Virus genome (UHGV): UHGV-0349585
DNA from: a virus
Reading direction: 5' to 3' (one strand)
Length of the DNA: 14,578 nt
Under the pieces are notes generated by a model that was not told the origin of the DNA, did no database searches, and worked only from the letters and a program-made list of their open reading frames with translations. Positions within the stretch are counted from its first letter, which is position 1, and each line of letters starts with the position of its first letter. Made by a program: the position numbers and the translations under genes. Below are positions 7,380 through 14,578 of the stretch, piece by piece.

Positions 7380-8348
7380 ATGAGTGAAGTAACAGATTTA
7401 GTTGTTATTGAAAAAGCAAATGCAATGACTGTATTTCAGTCTGCCGACCAGATTGAAGAAATCCTTCAAAAGGTTGAACGTGAAGTTATGTCCTTTGTGC
7501 CTGATATCACAACGGCAAAGGGCAGAAAGGAGATCGCTTCTCTGGCGTATAAAGTTGCGCAGACGAAAACATATCTCGATGGTCTTGGAAAAGACCTTGT
7601 TGCTGAACTGAAGGAAATTCCAAAGCTAATTGATGCCAACCGCAAGACAGTGCGCGATCGCCTTGATGAGCTGAAAGCCAAGGCACGCCAGCCTCTTACT
7701 GATTATGAAGAGGAACAGGCGCGAATTAAAGCTGAAGAAGAAGCTAAGGCAGCAGCTGAAGCTCTCGCAAAGCAAATTGAGTCTGACCATGAAATAGCGA
7801 TTTTGATGGATCGCGAATTTGACCGCCAAAGAGAAGAGGCAAGACTCAAAGCGGAGCAGGAAAAGCGAGAGCATGAAGAACGCTTAAAAAGAGAAGCTGA
7901 AGAGAAAGCCAGAGCTGAAGCCGAAGCAAAGGCAAAAGCCGAAATTGAAGCAGCAGCAAGGCGAGAAGCAGAAGCTAAGGCCGCAGCGGAACGTGCAGAG
8001 CGTGAACGCATTGAAGCCGAGCAACGAGCACAGCGCGAAGCAAAAGAGGCAGCAGAACGAGCTGAAAGAGAAAAGCAGGCAGCAATTGAAGCAGAACGCA
8101 GAAAAGCACAGGAGGAGGCTGAACGAATCCGGCGCGAGGCTGAAGCAAAAGAGCAAGCCAGAATAGCAGAAGAAAAAAGAATCAAGGACGAAGAAGAGCG
8201 TAGAGCAAAGGATAAAGCTCACCGAAAAGAAGTAAATAACAAAATACTTGCTGACCTTATCAAGGTTGGCGCATCAGAAGATGTTGCTAAAAATATCATA
8301 ACAGCCATCGTAAAAGGCGAAGTATTCGCAACAAAAATAACCTACTAA
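7380..8348 (+). CDS. Charged coiled-coil protein (about 322 aa) with Glu/Ala/Lys/Arg-rich low-complexity central region
   Basis: GGAGGA RBS then ATG at 7380 (MSEVTDL...); central 200 residues are EAKA/ERAE-type repeats; globular-looking ends; ORF-track frame starts 18 codons upstream without an RBS. Confidence 0.75.
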   Translation: MSEVTDLVVIEKANAMTVFQSADQIEEILQKVEREVMSFVPDITTAKGRKEIASLAYKVAQTKTYLDGLGKDLVAELKEIPKLIDANRKTVRDRLDELKAKARQPLTDYEEEQARIKAEEEAKAAAEALAKQIESDHEIAILMDREFDRQREEARLKAEQEKREHEERLKREAEEKARAEAEAKAKAEIEAAARREAEAKAAAERAERERIEAEQRAQREAKEAAERAEREKQAAIEAERRKAQEEAERIRREAEAKEQARIAEEKRIKDEEERRAKDKAHRKEVNNKILADLIKVGASEDVAKNIITAIVKGEVFATKITY

Positions 8349-8372
8349 TAAAACCAACATAAGGAACCACCC

Positions 8373-8504
8373 ATGATTTACGCAATCGCGGGAGGCGCTC
8401 GCATGGGTGCCTTCCAACTAAATGAATCTTTACTTGAACGAATCACCCGTAAATTACGTGACGGATGGAAAAGAGTTGAGGTCTTATTATGCGCAATGAA
8501 ATAG
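8373..8504 (+). CDS. cIII: CIII-like protein (43 aa), putative FtsH inhibitor
   Basis: My own translation MIYAIAGGARMGAFQLNESLLERITRKLRDGWKRVEVLLCAMK; shares the ESLLERITRKLRDGWKR core with lambda CIII; AAGGA RBS. Confidence 0.7.
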   Translation: MIYAIAGGARMGAFQLNESLLERITRKLRDGWKRVEVLLCAMK

Positions 8505-8641
8505 CCATCAATCACCAGATGCTTCGAGCAGCACAAAACAAAGCAGTAATAGCCAGATTTATTGGTGATTCAAAAATGTGGCTTGAAGCAAATAAAGCGA
8601 TGAAATCAGCTATCAACCTTCCGTGGTATCGCAGGAAATGA
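8489..8641 (+). CDS. kil: Kil-like protein (50 aa), putative cell-division inhibitor
   Basis: My own translation MRNEIAINHQMLRAAQNKAVIARFIGDSKMWLEANKAMKSAINLPWYRRK; resembles the lambda Kil segment ...IATFIGDEKMFREA... as I recall it; GAGG RBS; overlaps cIII 3' end. Confidence 0.55.
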   Translation: MRNEIAINHQMLRAAQNKAVIARFIGDSKMWLEANKAMKSAINLPWYRRK

Positions 8642-8715
8642 GTTTTACAGATAACTGGTCAGACAAAGAATTCATTCGTCAGATGAAAGAATTAATCGGT
8701 AACGAAGGAGATATG

Positions 8716-8886
8716 CATGTCACTTGCAACCACAGTGAAGGAGAGCAAGTTACAGAGACGCATGTACACTCAGCAGGCGTTAATGTATCGCCAGAAGGGA
8801 GATCGTGAAGGTGTTCGCGTATTTTTGAATGCGGCAAAGACTGAAGTATTAAATCAGCGTTATTTCCTTGGGCCATGTCCATTCTG
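8716..8886 (+). CDS. Small hypothetical protein (56 aa)
   Basis: AAGGAGA RBS 5 nt upstream of ATG at 8716; my own translation MSLATTVKESKLQRRMYTQQALMYRQKGDREGVRVFLNAAKTEVLNQRYFLGPCPF; competes with the ORF-track frame 8623-8808. Confidence 0.3.
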
Positions 8887-8895
8887 AGGTGAATT

Positions 8896-9603
8896 ATGGA
8901 TTTGAACAAATTCGATGAGCCATTCAGCCCCGAAGATATCGAATGGCGAATACAGCAAAGCGGTAAAACACGCGATGGCAAGGTGTGGGCTATGGTGCTG
9001 GCTTATGTCACGAACCGGGCAATCATGAAACGCCTGGATGATGTTTGCGGCAAAGCAGGATGGCGCAATGAATACCGCGATATTCCCAACAACGGCGGAG
9101 TTGAATGCGGCATATCAATCAAGATTGATTCCGAATGGGTAACCAAATGGGATGCTGCTGAAAACACGCAGGTAGAAGCCGTCAAAGGTGGTCGTTCCGG
9201 TGCAATGAAGCGTGCTGCCGTTCAGTGGGGAATCGGTCGGTATCTGTATAACCTTGAGGAAGGTTTCGCACAAACATCTCTCGACAAAAAGCAGGGATGG
9301 CACAGGGCAAAACTCAAGGATGGAACAGGATTTTACTGGCTCCCTCCATCGCTGCCGGGCTGGGCAATCCCAGCATCAGATAACAAACCATCACCAGAAA
9401 ATACCAACCAGAAATCTCCATCGGTTGACTGCGAACAAATCCTGAAAGACTTCAGCGATTATGCAGCGACAGAAACTGACAAGAAAAAACTCATCGAGCG
9501 TTATCAGCATGACTGGCAATTAATGGCTGGAAACGAGGAGGCGCAGGCTAAATGCGTTCAGGTAATGAACATCAGAGTTAACGAGCTAAAACAGGCGGCA
9601 TAA
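8896..9603 (+). CDS. Single-strand annealing protein, Rad52/Sak-like family (235 aa)
   Basis: RAAVQWGIGRYLY motif and overall size and layout resemble phage Rad52-family annealing proteins; GAGGTG RBS; directly precedes ssb. Confidence 0.7.
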   Translation: MDLNKFDEPFSPEDIEWRIQQSGKTRDGKVWAMVLAYVTNRAIMKRLDDVCGKAGWRNEYRDIPNNGGVECGISIKIDSEWVTKWDAAENTQVEAVKGGRSGAMKRAAVQWGIGRYLYNLEEGFAQTSLDKKQGWHRAKLKDGTGFYWLPPSLPGWAIPASDNKPSPENTNQKSPSVDCEQILKDFSDYAATETDKKKLIERYQHDWQLMAGNEEAQAKCVQVMNIRVNELKQAA

Positions 9604-10077
9604 ATGGCAAGCAGAGGCGTAAATAAGGTGATCATTATTGGTCGCCTTGGGCATGATCCAGAAATCAGATATTCACCATCAGGAACGGCATTTGCAAACC
9701 TTACAGTTGCTACGTCAGAACAATGGCGTGATAAGCAAACTGGAGAGCAAAAGGAGCAGACGGAGTGGCACCGCGTGGTAATGAGCGGGAAACTGGCAGA
9801 AATTGCCAGCGAATATCTGCGAAAAGGCTCTGAGGTTTATCTTGAAGGAAAATTGCGGACAAGAAAATGGCAGGATCAAAGCGGACAGGATAGGTTCACT
9901 ACCGAAGTCATCGTGGGCGTTGGTGGAACCATGCAAATGCTTGGTGGCAAGCAAGGAGGCAATGAACAGTCTTCACCTCAGCGAAATAATGGTCATCAAC
10001 AAAGACAGCAACCTCAGCAGCATGGAAATCACAGCGAACCACCTATGAACTTCGACGATTCGGATATTCCGTTCTAG
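9604..10077 (+). CDS. ssb: Single-stranded DNA-binding protein
   Basis: OB-fold N-terminus ([18 protein letters not shown]...), Gly/Gln-rich linker and acidic tail DDSDIPF. Confidence 0.9.
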   Translation: MASRGVNKVIIIGRLGHDPEIRYSPSGTAFANLTVATSEQWRDKQTGEQKEQTEWHRVVMSGKLAEIASEYLRKGSEVYLEGKLRTRKWQDQSGQDRFTTEVIVGVGGTMQMLGGKQGGNEQSSPQRNNGHQQRQQPQQHGNHSEPPMNFDDSDIPF

Positions 10078-10086
10078 GAGCTGAAT

Positions 10087-10566
10087 ATGAAAATCTGCTC
10101 AAGATGCCATCAACAGAAGGAAGAAAGGGACTTTCAAATCAGAAGAGCATCCAGAGATGGATTAACTGCCGCTTGCCGGGCTTGCCTGGCTGAATATGAC
10201 AAAGAGCGCGCGGGATTGCCACATCGAGTATCAGCAAGGAGAGAATATCAATCATCGGAACGCGGCAGAGAACGGTGTAACGCAGCCAAAAAGCGGTTCA
10301 TTCAGAGCAACCCATGGAAAAGAAAAGCCCACATCATCGTGGGTAATTTTTTGCGCGACGGTAAGCTAATCCGACCACCACAATGTGAGTGCTGCGGATC
10401 AGAATGTAAACCACAGGCGCACCACTGCGACTACAGCAAACCAACCGATGTGATGTGGCTCTGCAAGTCATGTCATGTCGAGTGGCACAAACATAACAAA
10501 CCTATCTACCCAGACGAGGAGCCAGTAACTCTCCCCTTCCCTCGTCACGCTATTCACGCAATTTAA
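10087..10566 (+). CDS. HNH-endonuclease-like zinc-binding protein (159 aa)
   Basis: Two Cys clusters (CSRCH...CRAC and CECCGSEC...CKSCH) with an HH...WH arrangement typical of HNH nucleases; GGAG RBS. Confidence 0.6.
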   Translation: MKICSRCHQQKEERDFQIRRASRDGLTAACRACLAEYDKERAGLPHRVSARREYQSSERGRERCNAAKKRFIQSNPWKRKAHIIVGNFLRDGKLIRPPQCECCGSECKPQAHHCDYSKPTDVMWLCKSCHVEWHKHNKPIYPDEEPVTLPFPRHAIHAI

Positions 10567-10574
10567 GGACTTAC

Positions 10575-11123
10575 ATGAATCACTTGATGGTTGACCTTGA
10601 AACAATGGGCAACGGGCCATACGCGCCAGTTATTTCTATTGGGTCGGTATTCTTTGACCCGAATACCGGAGAAACAGGAGAAGAGTTCTCGGTAAATATC
10701 TCGCTTGAATCATCAATGCGATATCGAGCGCGTCCTGACGCTTCAACGATTTTATGGTGGCTGGAACAGAGTGAAGAAGCCAGAAAATCGCTAACCAGCA
10801 ACACTCAGGAGCTTTCAACGGCTCTTTCATGGTTATCTGAATTCATCATAAAGAACGCTAACCACAAATTCGTTCAGGTTTGGGGGAATGGAGCATCATT
10901 TGACTGCGTTATTCTCCGAAACAGTTATTCGCTGACAGGGCAGCCAGTTCCGTGGCAGTGGTGGAATGACCGCGACGTAAGAACAATCGTCGAACTTGGG
11001 AAGGTAATAGGATTCGACCCTAAGCGAGATATGCCATTCAAAGGAACTCGCCACAACGCGCTTGATGATGCCATTCACCAAGCCAAATACGTTTCAGCGA
11101 TCTGGAAAAAGTTAGCTAAATAA
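10575..11123 (+). CDS. DEDDh-type 3'-5' exonuclease (DnaQ-like fold), 182 aa
   Basis: Exo I-like motif MVDLETMG near the N-terminus and Exo III-like motif H-x4-D (HNALDDAIH) near the C-terminus; AAGGA RBS. Confidence 0.7.
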   Translation: MNHLMVDLETMGNGPYAPVISIGSVFFDPNTGETGEEFSVNISLESSMRYRARPDASTILWWLEQSEEARKSLTSNTQELSTALSWLSEFIIKNANHKFVQVWGNGASFDCVILRNSYSLTGQPVPWQWWNDRDVRTIVELGKVIGFDPKRDMPFKGTRHNALDDAIHQAKYVSAIWKKLAK

Positions 11124-11139
11124 TCAACAGGAGAAAACC

Positions 11140-11436
11140 ATGCCAGCGCCTCTGTATGGTGCGGATGACCCGCGCCGCTGTTCCGGCAATTCCGTATCGG
11201 AGGTGCTGGAAAATATCAAGAATAATCTCGACGCGTTTCTTGCTCTGCCACCAGAAACAAAAGAAGAACGGAAGTGCCGACGCGATATACAACTCGCAGA
11301 AAAACAGGAAAAAGACCGAATAAACGAAACATCAATCCGACCATTCCGCAAAGCCACATATACCCACTTCCCTGAATATATCGACCCGCGCCTGCGTAAT
11401 TACCGCTCACGCTATGGCGCTATCAGTAATGACTGA
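11140..11436 (+). CDS. Hypothetical protein (98 aa)
   Basis: AGGAG RBS before ATG at 11140; ORF-track protein; no recognised motif. Confidence 0.55.
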   Translation: MPAPLYGADDPRRCSGNSVSEVLENIKNNLDAFLALPPETKEERKCRRDIQLAEKQEKDRINETSIRPFRKATYTHFPEYIDPRLRNYRSRYGAISND

Positions 11437-11446
11437 GGAATTTACC

Positions 11447-11737
11447 ATGAAAACAATGAAGCTAAACATCGACCTCGGAAAATACGTTATTACCGGAACC
11501 AAACACGATCTGATTCTTAGTGAAAGAGGAATTATCAAAGAAGGCGAGAATGCAGGGAAAGAAACACTAAGCCGTATCGGTTATTACAGCAAGTTTGAGC
11601 ATCTGGTTAAAGAATTATGCAACCGTGAAATCCTGTTATCTCAGGCGCAGACGCTACAGGATATTCAGCAGCATATCGAAACTTTAGGTATGTCACTTAG
11701 CATGGCTATTGACCAGTTCGTTGAGAGTAAATCATGA
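11447..11737 (+). CDS. Hypothetical protein (96 aa)
   Basis: GAGGA RBS before ATG at 11447 ([13 protein letters not shown]...); ORF-track frame begins upstream at 11414 without an RBS. Confidence 0.55.
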   Translation: MKTMKLNIDLGKYVITGTKHDLILSERGIIKEGENAGKETLSRIGYYSKFEHLVKELCNREILLSQAQTLQDIQQHIETLGMSLSMAIDQFVESKS

Positions 11738-11901
11738 GAGGACTTGCATACAATCCCGGCATTCTTCCGGCAGAAATGATTATTCGCCAGCGCGTAAAGC
11801 CAATGCCATCGAGAGAGGAATTGCTTAAGAGAAAGAGTTTCGGTTCTGTTAATGACAACAAATATCTGAATGCGATGTGGCGTAAAGGAGGCAACCAGTG
11901 A
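11734..11901 (+). CDS. Small hypothetical protein (55 aa), translationally coupled
   Basis: ATGA overlap with the previous stop; my own translation [55 protein letters not shown]. Confidence 0.4.
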   Translation: MRGLAYNPGILPAEMIIRQRVKPMPSREELLKRKSFGSVNDNKYLNAMWRKGGNQ

Positions 11902-12164
11902 GTGAGTCAAAATGCCAAATTAATGGCAACAAGATAGAACCGTGCGCGGCGTTGGCACAATCCCTGGAGCATGACGCTGAATACACGACGCGAAAAGGTC
12001 TGCTGAAATACAAAATCTATAACCATGCATTAATTCATTCACAAGACCTGATCATGCTGCGGTCTGGTGAATTTTCTAAATCGCCTATTCGAGTTTCATT
12101 TTGCCCGTTCTGTGGTGAAAGTCTGAAAACGTGGGAAGCGGAGGCAACCAGTGAGCGAAATTAA
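11898..12164 (+). CDS. Hypothetical Cys-containing protein (88 aa), GTG start
   Basis: AGGAGG RBS 7 nt upstream of GTG at 11898 (GTGA overlap with the previous stop); C-terminal [10 protein letters not shown] zinc-ribbon-like motif. Confidence 0.5.
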   Translation: MSESKCQINGNKIEPCAALAQSLEHDAEYTTRKGLLKYKIYNHALIHSQDLIMLRSGEFSKSPIRVSFCPFCGESLKTWEAEATSERN

Positions 12165-12831
12165 TTACCAGGCACTGCGTGAGGCGGCAGTGAAAGCAAC
12201 GTGGGGAGACTGGGACTCATATAAACCACACCGTGGCGCACGTGGTTATGAGGTCCGACTAAGTAGTCAGGCCATTGCGCAACACGTTCTGAAAAACAAC
12301 GCTGAATTTATTGCTGCCTTTAATCCAAAGATTGCTTTGGCGCTACTGGATGAACGGGAAAGAAACCAGCAATACATCAAACGCCGCGACCAGGAGAACG
12401 AGGATATTGCACTAACGGTAGGGAGGCTGCGCGTTGAGCTTGAGGAAGTAAAACAACACGCTGAAGAATTATCCGAAACCAAGGCTGTTCGTAACCAATG
12501 GCGGCCAGATATTTGCCCAATAACCGGACGTGCATTTTTCATGTGGATTGAGCATCCAACATTGGGAAATGTGCCGACATATGGTGGCCCATTAGATAGT
12601 TACACCATTCCAACAAAGGACGGTGACGGTGAGTTTTCATGTGAGCGTTACGATCATGATTTTGGCGGTTGGGTAGAAAGCGAATGTCTTGGGTTATATC
12701 TGATTGATGATAGAGAACAATGCAGGGTCTACGAACTGGAGGAACGCGTTAAGGAACTGGATGCTCGGGAAATATCGCTCCCGGAACGTAGCAGCATGCT
12801 TCATCGAACAGATTTTCACGATGATTACTAA
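12151..12831 (+). CDS. Ead/Ea22-like family protein (226 aa), GTG start
   Basis: N-terminal YQALREAAVKATWGDWD and central coiled-coil are typical of Ea22-like proteins of lambdoid prophages; GGAGG RBS before GTG. Confidence 0.65.
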   Translation: MSEINYQALREAAVKATWGDWDSYKPHRGARGYEVRLSSQAIAQHVLKNNAEFIAAFNPKIALALLDERERNQQYIKRRDQENEDIALTVGRLRVELEEVKQHAEELSETKAVRNQWRPDICPITGRAFFMWIEHPTLGNVPTYGGPLDSYTIPTKDGDGEFSCERYDHDFGGWVESECLGLYLIDDREQCRVYELEERVKELDAREISLPERSSMLHRTDFHDDY

Positions 12832-12907
12832 ACGGTAATGGCATACAAAGTTTCTGAAGTCATCGCTGCAATCCGCGCCGCAGGCATTCGCATCAAAGGA
12901 GAGTGAT

Positions 12908-13504
12908 ATGAGCGCTATAACCAAAGAACGTATCGAATTATTCATTAAAAATCCGCTCGATAACGGACTTACCCGTGGCGAACAAATGGAACTTGCACGA
13001 ATTGCACTGGCATCGCTGGAAGCAGATCCAGTTGCTTATATTTTCAAACATCCGGCCGGGAAATTATTCTGGGCTTTAACGGATGAAAGCAATAAAGAGC
13101 AAGCGGACGTTATTCCTGTTTATGCCGCCCCTCCAGTGCCAGTAGTACCTGAAGAAAAACCAATGCCTAACCCTCTTAAAATGTACGCGGTCGATGCTGT
13201 TGCCGCTATTGCAGAGGTGAGAGGCTGGAATGCCTGCCGCGCCGCCATGCTTCAGGGTAAATCAGAACAACCACAAAACGCACAACAAAATATTCCGGAA
13301 AATTTTCCTGATGGCAACTATCCGGTAACTCCGGATGGTTGGGTTATGGTGCCCAAGGAGTTAACACCGGAAATGATGAGAGCCGTTCAGATTAGAAGTG
13401 AGCTTGGAGGGTATGCCACTTCCAATCTATCTGGTGCATACAATATGTTTTCTGAGTTCTGGAATGTTGCTGTCTCAGCTGCGCCTAAGGTGGATTATTT
13501 ATGA
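12908..13504 (+). CDS. Hypothetical protein (198 aa)
   Basis: AAGGAG RBS 7 nt upstream of ATG; Pro-rich central linker between two globular-looking halves. Confidence 0.6.
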   Translation: MSAITKERIELFIKNPLDNGLTRGEQMELARIALASLEADPVAYIFKHPAGKLFWALTDESNKEQADVIPVYAAPPVPVVPEEKPMPNPLKMYAVDAVAAIAEVRGWNACRAAMLQGKSEQPQNAQQNIPENFPDGNYPVTPDGWVMVPKELTPEMMRAVQIRSELGGYATSNLSGAYNMFSEFWNVAVSAAPKVDYL

Positions 13505-13803
13505 ATCTATATCGCTGCCCATTCTGTGGTTCCACTGTGCTTAACATCGGATACTCATTCAGTATCAGAGGGAAAATGCGCTATGTGTCATGCAAATGTG
13601 GTGCCAAAGGACCAGAAAAACGAACTAGATCTGAAGCGATTTCTTCATGGAATAGTCGAATGAAAGTATGGGTTTATGATCCAGAAACAATATTAAACGT
13701 TGAAGAGCGCAGGAGAACGGAAGTCTATATTCATAACCTTAATGAAGATGGATTTACACCAGTGCTTGTAAAGGCTACTCCGCAGGAGGTTAACCGTGGC
13801 TAA
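13501..13803 (+). CDS. Lar-family-like zinc-ribbon protein (100 aa), candidate restriction-alleviation factor
   Basis: N-terminal CPFCG...C.CG zinc ribbon followed by EAISSWNSR, resembling Lar-family proteins of Rac-like prophages; ATGA overlap with upstream gene. Confidence 0.55.
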   Translation: MNLYRCPFCGSTVLNIGYSFSIRGKMRYVSCKCGAKGPEKRTRSEAISSWNSRMKVWVYDPETILNVEERRRTEVYIHNLNEDGFTPVLVKATPQEVNRG

Positions 13804-14080
13804 CCTGCAACTTGCCGTTAAAGGTGAATACTTCGATGCCATGATTCGCGGAGAGAAAACGGAAGAGTATCGCCTGTGTAATGACTACTGGAATAAGCGA
13901 ATTCTGTTCCGCGAGTATGACCGCCTGATTATCACAAAGGGATATCCGAAGCGCGATGATTCCAGCCGCAGAATAGACGTCCCGTATGACGGATATGAAA
14001 TCAAGACAATCACGCATCCCCACTTCGGCGATAAACCGGTAAAGGTTTACGCGATAAAGGTAAATATCGGCAATGAATAA
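13796..14080 (+). CDS. ASCH/DUF3850-like small protein (94 aa), GTG start
   Basis: AGGAGG RBS 6 nt upstream of GTG; N-terminal ...AVKGEYFDAMIRGEKTEEYR... resembles the ASCH-like beta-barrel signature. Confidence 0.5.
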   Translation: MANLQLAVKGEYFDAMIRGEKTEEYRLCNDYWNKRILFREYDRLIITKGYPKRDDSSRRIDVPYDGYEIKTITHPHFGDKPVKVYAIKVNIGNE

Positions 14081-14084
14081 CAAT

Positions 14085-14110
14085 CCTCGCACTCGCGGGG
14101 ATTTCTTTTA
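14085..14110 (+). terminator. Possible intrinsic terminator after the ASCH-like gene
   Basis: CCTCGC/GCGGGG stem (one G-U pair) with 4-nt loop followed by ATTTCTTTTA. Confidence 0.4.
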
Positions 14111-14152
14111 TCTGAACTCGCTACGGCGAGTTTTGTTTTATGGAGATGATAA

Positions 14153-14320
14153 ATGCACTTCCGAGTCACAGGTGAATGGAATGGAGAGCCATTTGACAGG
14201 GTTATCGAAGCAGAGGACATCAACGACTGCTATAACCACTGGATGATATGGGCGCAGATAGCACATGCAGACATAACCAATATTCGAATTGAAGAACTGA
14301 AAGAACACAAAGCCGCCTGA
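14153..14320 (+). CDS. Small hypothetical protein (55 aa)
   Basis: GGAGA RBS 5 nt upstream of ATG; my own translation MHFRVTGEWNGEPFDRVIEAEDINDCYNHWMIWAQIAHADITNIRIEELKEHKAA; stop lies inside the next terminator. Confidence 0.4.
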   Translation: MHFRVTGEWNGEPFDRVIEAEDINDCYNHWMIWAQIAHADITNIRIEELKEHKAA

Positions 14321-14334
14321 TGGCGGTTTTTTAT
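14311..14334 (+). terminator. Intrinsic terminator upstream of the excisionase-like gene
   Basis: GCCGCC/GGCGGT stem with TGAT tetraloop followed by TTTTTTATT. Confidence 0.55.
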
Positions 14335-14377
14335 TGCCTGATTTGCAGGTTCGATTCCCTATTCGGAGATAGCACTC

Positions 14378-14578
14378 ATGCAACACGAACTACAGCCTGA
14401 TTCACTGGTTGATTTGAAATTCATCATGGCTGATACTGGCTTCGGTAAAACCTTCATCTATGACCGGATTAAGTCCGGAGACCAGCCTAAAGCCAAAGTT
14501 ATCCACGGGCGAGCAAGATGGTTATATCGTGACCATTGTGAATTCAAAAATAAGCTCTTAAGCCGCGCCAATGGGTAA
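14378..14578 (+). CDS. AlpA/excisionase-like helix-turn-helix protein (66 aa); likely Xis of the integration module
   Basis: ADTGFGKTFIYDRIKSGDQPKAKVIHGRARWLYRD matches the AlpA/Xis DNA-binding signature; sits at the distal end of the pL operon where xis-int lie in lambdoid phages. Confidence 0.6.
   Translation: MQHELQPDSLVDLKFIMADTGFGKTFIYDRIKSGDQPKAKVIHGRARWLYRDHCEFKNKLLSRANG

Noticed and set aside
7466-8222. Several long ORFs on the minus strand and in alternate plus frames (7466-7681, 7626-7874, 7703-8185, 7884-8222, 7945-8166), Ser/Ala/Cys/Phe-rich
   Set aside because: They lie entirely within the repetitive GAA/GCA-rich coding sequence of the coiled-coil gene; low-complexity DNA stays open in many frames, and the translations are homopolymer-like artefacts.
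8623-8981. ORF 8623-8808 (+, GTG start) and 8679-8981 (-)
   Set aside because: The plus frame has an RBS too close to its start and overlaps kil; the alternative 8716-8886 frame has a much better RBS. The minus ORF is antisense across gene boundaries.
9003-11410. Numerous short ORFs antisense or out-of-frame within the SSAP, ssb, exonuclease and following genes
   Set aside because: All are embedded in larger, better-supported genes on the plus strand with RBSs and tight coupling.
12840-12908. Tiny 22-aa ORF (MAYKVSEVIAAIRAAGIRIKGE) between the Ea22-like gene and the 198-aa ORF
   Set aside because: Too short to support without other evidence; it may simply contain the RBS region of the downstream gene.
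11665-14386. Minus-strand ORFs 11665-11910, 11706-11894, 12267-12542, 12694-12945, 13790-14092, 14138-14386
   Set aside because: Antisense to a continuous array of translationally coupled plus-strand genes; no independent start signals.

Overview
The window is the early (immunity, replication, recombination) region of a mosaic lambdoid prophage, lying inverted relative to the conventional lambda map. All calls are by eye from the sequence and the ORF track; lambda comparisons are from memory, and no search or computation was run.

Minus strand, right operon: cro, nutR, tR1, a cII-like gene, a small basic ORF, an O-like initiator with internal iteron origin, a DnaB-family helicase, a tR2-like terminator, a Cys-rich small ORF, ninB, and a truncated ninC-position gene.

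Plus strand: a lambda-type cI (leaderless from pRM), non-rex cargo ending in a timm-like terminator, OL/pL, nutL, N, an AT-rich unknown ORF, a charged coiled-coil protein, cIII and kil homologs, a Rad52-like annealing protein, SSB, an HNH-like protein, a DEDDh exonuclease, several small overlapping ORFs, an Ea22-like protein, a Lar-like zinc-ribbon protein, an ASCH-like protein, and an AlpA/Xis-like excisionase at the window edge.

The best candidates for undescribed biology are the cargo in the rexAB slot (4966-5990) and the AT-rich gene directly after N (6766-7236). No CRISPR array, tRNA or rRNA was seen.
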